Below, piece by piece: positions 61,701 to 64,000 of a stretch of DNA of 64,000 nucleotides (its first letter is position 1; the number at the start of each line of letters is the position of its first letter). Below the pieces are notes generated by a model. The model was not told the DNA's origin. It ran no database searches and worked only from the letters and a program-made list of their open reading frames with translations. This stretch comes from a virus, in the IMG/VR virus record IMGVR_UViG_3300019132_000038; one strand, 5' to 3'. Position numbers and translations under genes: made by a program.

Positions 61701-64000
61701 TGCCTTTGATTAATCAGGCCGGCACACATAAAGTAGGAGGCTTGGTATTAAATGCACATAATATAGCTGTTCGAGAAGGAAAAAATATCGAGTTAATTTC
61801 AAGTGCCCAACATATTGCACGAGGATATGCTGATAGAATGGGATCTATTATGAAGGTATTCAATGAAGGAGATATAGAATGGGCCAATACACTCGCACGA
61901 CGTACTCTTCGTAATCAAATTGAAAGCATGTCAGGAATCCAGAGAAATATGGAATTCGGAGAAAACGACACATATGTATGGGCGCAAAATCAGTCCGACA
62001 TGTTAAAACAAGCACACGTCAAGCTAGGTAATGCTATGGTAGAAGATTTGTTTTACAACGGCTTTGAAGGTGTGCGACTAACAGAAAAAGATTTCTACGA
62101 TCCGGATGATGTGTTTATAGATGACGGACATGGAAACCGAATCTTGCGCAAGGGTGTAACTTTAGAAGATGTAAAAATGGAAACCAGCCACAAGATGCTG
62201 ATGCTCATGCCTAAATGGGCAGAGGAACGGTTAAAGATTCCTTTATTTACATCTTCTGTGAAAGCTGAGCACGTATCCAAAGCGATTTTATCAATGGAGG
62301 ACATTCGCCAACTGATTCCTTATGGTACATTTTACAATCACGGCCGTGATAACGCTGTACAATATATGAATGCTTATCTAATTAACTCTCAAACAGAAGA
62401 ACGTTTAAGAAATATTAAAGGAGTCAGTCGGGATAGTTTATTGAAAACTCCTCGCCAACTAGAATATGAGTCTATTCAGCCTAACAAAGTCAGCATGAAT
62501 ATGAGAATTGCTTATATGACGCAAGATGAACTACGTAAACGTGTAGAACAAATGATAAAAGATTCAAGAGGGCAACAACTTCTTTCCGAATTAGGATTTT
62601 TAGATGAGACAGGAAAACTTCAGTATGAAAAACTACCACGACTGTATGAGCAGCAGGGCATTATTGCTAAAGATTTAATGGATGCGTTAGAAGTCAATAA
62701 TGAAAAGCGATATGACAAAGGAAAACGATTTGAATTAGAAAAAGGGTTGCAAATAGGTAGCACTATTCAACCAGGTCAGTTATTAGGATACCGAATCCAT
62801 GATAATGGATACCGAGAAGCTATACGTTATGAAGGCACCAAAGTAGCCCAGCTTATTGATGGTGTGGAAGAAGGACGAGATTTAATTGTACGTTGGCAAA
62901 CCCAACCATTTAAATTTATGCTTGACGGCGAAAAAATGACCGATTCCCCCGTAGATCGTCGATTTATTGAATATCTTACTGGTCGAAATGACATTGTAGG
63001 GATTATTAACCCAGATGTGGCGAAACACCACGACTTTGGAATGTTAATGTCGGGGGAAGCTAGATTGCTAGCTGAAGAAATTAAAAAACTAAGCCCATCC
63101 AAACAAAAAACCGCTAGAAAAATTATTGAAAATGGTGGTATTGGGCTCAAGTGGAATCAAGAAATGGGCGGGTTCATTGATCATAGTTTTGATTTGCAAA
63201 TTGCTCGGGAACAATTTGATAAAGTATTTGAGCAACTCAACAAAGCCAAAATTCGTATTTCTCCAATAACTCCAACAGGATTGCGTATGGGTATTTTAGA
63301 AGGCCGTATGTCCAAAGTAGCCAATTATAGTAAAGTGATCGACCACAACGGAAGGCAAGTGATTGGCTATGAAGAAGGATATAATGCTGAAACTGGCGAA
63401 TACGAAGTTCGTAAAGTATATGCAGATGGCAGAGATGGAGTACAATGGGGACACCGAGAGATGGGGGTACTAAAGAGCTATGGGTTAGAGAAAACCTATC
63501 AACATGTTCATCAAATTATGTTGGAACAAGCTCAGCAAACTCATCGTCTCCAAGAAACTAGAGCCGTTGCTGAATCATTGCGATATCTGACACATGAGGA
63601 TCGTATTCAAACAGAGGCATTGAACATAGAAGACTTTGACTCTCTTCCAGAAATGTATCGTAGTGAGAATACGTACAAAGGAACGATTTTTGATCGTGAA
63701 AAAGTAAAAAGTTTAGTAAGCCAGTATAAAAATCATAATGCCATGAATGAGCATGGTTTCTGGCTAGAATTGCCTTCAGTAAAACGTCCTGATGGTAAGC
63801 TCGATAAAGTTACGATCCGCATGGACGAGACAGGGACATTAAAAGAAATTGATAAAATCTTTATTCCATTTACGAAACTGGAAGGGGCACATGGCGATAT
63901 CCATTTGCGGGATTTGCAAAAACAAATTGCTCGTATTTATGAAAAAGCGGAAGAAGTGCAACGAGCAACCAGTCTTCAAGATGCACGAATGGCCCATCAA
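58784..64000 (+). CDS. giant DEDDh exonuclease / RNA polymerase beta-beta'-like fusion protein, 5' part
   Basis: GGGAG RBS and ATG 58784; no stop in the segments I translated, and its absence from the track fits a frame with no stop codon in the window; FDIET / YNGLVFD / AHNAQID exonuclease motifs, then ordered beta-like motifs incl. GVQWGHREMGVLKSYG. Confidence 0.75.
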   Translation, partial: MNEPWNQTPEDIRVNIVLPKSKDLKVVAVSDPVYYQDRTDPEYEKRITRHIDFLNRQSAILERDKNSLALEMQELMRKKETIIYDGQRVYRLFHSLNQRHNQQTLELFEEFYRSLKNNQNHYIFDIETFGDVHDRQKPYSISEISINEFDRQGNLVRKGYNTVLRQDQKTVDYLQQLIDDIRKDKYAYNRLEDWEKRSLVDLMRYASYMSEYDEHAFSHNLKTQEIQHHSIIKSVFDHQDQVHHGKVLRNIDQYLLYMQSGLDYLKKHGTPVQTALKQIEKLFQENADRFFLTYNGLVFDWPVLKAFAEKHGVTLSSIKHLDYLNAIRTVFSDSDVLKRRINPDFQRSAYSKDKLAAMRQALNLETQDEAHNAQIDTHDTAKVIAATYEHLHQEIQNSKFPIREGFNYHPTYLTWNDEPLRHGQKLFAIGGAMAVQDGDESFRVTLDENGKWVPVTNDFNKTVINSKTFYEFAGMQKLEEGQLAFRFFDPDRNEYAYIVRSGEHAFQELQDFVQSRFYNWDGLDPQYQRDILHAAEADRARRRYQRFFSMDGAGKGLAIIDGEIVEKGTAGFSGLKRMIANAEIMKTHLESKGAQYRAKVEELIAQGMSRNQAKREARKIRAHQLPNHLDFESLWDESRQKYVINEAERKQFFKMYKRLIDELPYLKEVVETIDQEFAEEIQQAAAIKDNRKRRRALMEINQKRDQALMNYYRYMTDAVGEPEQERTLKEFENRRLAFYDPEVDDYRTLDFTTVKSARDSLYQYARRGTKESRNQQKVMKERLDFLFRNLQTQHIITPGQYSYYSDVLWNTDSVWHAAGEIAINMRQRNNGKYETTLTEPSMIQNQNIQQLTKEQNRQFIQRAIEDTRNAQLIINMDSATGKKLILGEEIRKTLEILDQQRFSRLEPKNYEALEELIASIRKTDRTKQIALVMDTHSNDGLMKAYVYNGKDSITVRNQLARGTTPTQALEIVMPLINQAGTHKVGGLVLNAHNIAVREGKNIELISSAQHIARGYADRMGSIMKVFNEGDIEWANTLARRTLRNQIESMSGIQRNMEFGENDTYVWAQNQSDMLKQAHVKLGNAMVEDLFYNGFEGVRLTEKDFYDPDDVFIDDGHGNRILRKGVTLEDVKMETSHKMLMLMPKWAEERLKIPLFTSSVKAEHVSKAILSMEDIRQLIPYGTFYNHGRDNAVQYMNAYLINSQTEERLRNIKGVSRDSLLKTPRQLEYESIQPNKVSMNMRIAYMTQDELRKRVEQMIKDSRGQQLLSELGFLDETGKLQYEKLPRLYEQQGIIAKDLMDALEVNNEKRYDKGKRFELEKGLQIGSTIQPGQLLGYRIHDNGYREAIRYEGTKVAQLIDGVEEGRDLIVRWQTQPFKFMLDGEKMTDSPVDRRFIEYLTGRNDIVGIINPDVAKHHDFGMLMSGEARLLAEEIKKLSPSKQKTARKIIENGGIGLKWNQEMGGFIDHSFDLQIAREQFDKVFEQLNKAKIRISPITPTGLRMGILEGRMSKVANYSKVIDHNGRQVIGYEEGYNAETGEYEVRKVYADGRDGVQWGHREMGVLKSYGLEKTYQHVHQIMLEQAQQTHRLQETRAVAESLRYLTHEDRIQTEALNIEDFDSLPEMYRSENTYKGTIFDREKVKSLVSQYKNHNAMNEHGFWLELPSVKRPDGKLDKVTIRMDETGTLKEIDKIFIPFTKLEGAHGDIHLRDLQKQIARIYEKAEEVQRATSLQDARMAHQ

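Noticed and set aside
934-62304. Numerous short ORFs in the track antisense to, or nested in, long genes (e.g. 934..1146, 4826..5095, 14753..14947, 20048..20470, 29870..30166, 40185..40373, 59007..59219, 62095..62304)
   Set aside because: No RBS, overlap well-supported genes on the other strand or frame, no recognisable motifs; treated as shadow ORFs.

Overview
64 kb of an AT-rich, large contractile-tailed (myovirus-like) phage or phage-plasmid. The host is probably a Bacillota/Bacillales organism, judging by AGGAGG ribosome-binding sites and sigmaA-type promoters. 1-10.8 kb is a leftward arm of small accessory genes: YneA-like TM-LysM protein, catalytically dead RNase HI homolog, DUF1273/SLOG protein and HExxH peptidase, plus a YonO/RdRP-like single-chain RNA polymerase. 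11-16 kb is rightward: a stand-alone terminase-type ATPase, tRNA-Asn inside a ~1 kb structured non-coding region, and a ParM/ParR/parC-like partition cassette. 16-58.8 kb is the morphogenesis operon: probable terS, a cluster of Gly-rich paralogs with a shared N-terminal peptide, terL split by two group I introns, portal, protease/scaffold, capsid, neck/baseplate, two sheath paralogs, three tube-like genes, chaperones, and a ~2000-aa virion protein split by a third group I intron. The window ends inside an ORF missing from the supplied track (58784 to >64000, at least 1739 aa). It carries an N-terminal DEDDh exonuclease followed by ordered RNA polymerase beta-like and then beta'-like motifs, so it is a candidate second (virion) two-barrel RNAP. 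Five C-GGA-G triloop hairpins with N4-vRNAP-promoter geometry lie in the leftward arm, four of them just upstream of gene starts. All protein assignments come from visual motif recognition; no database searches were run.
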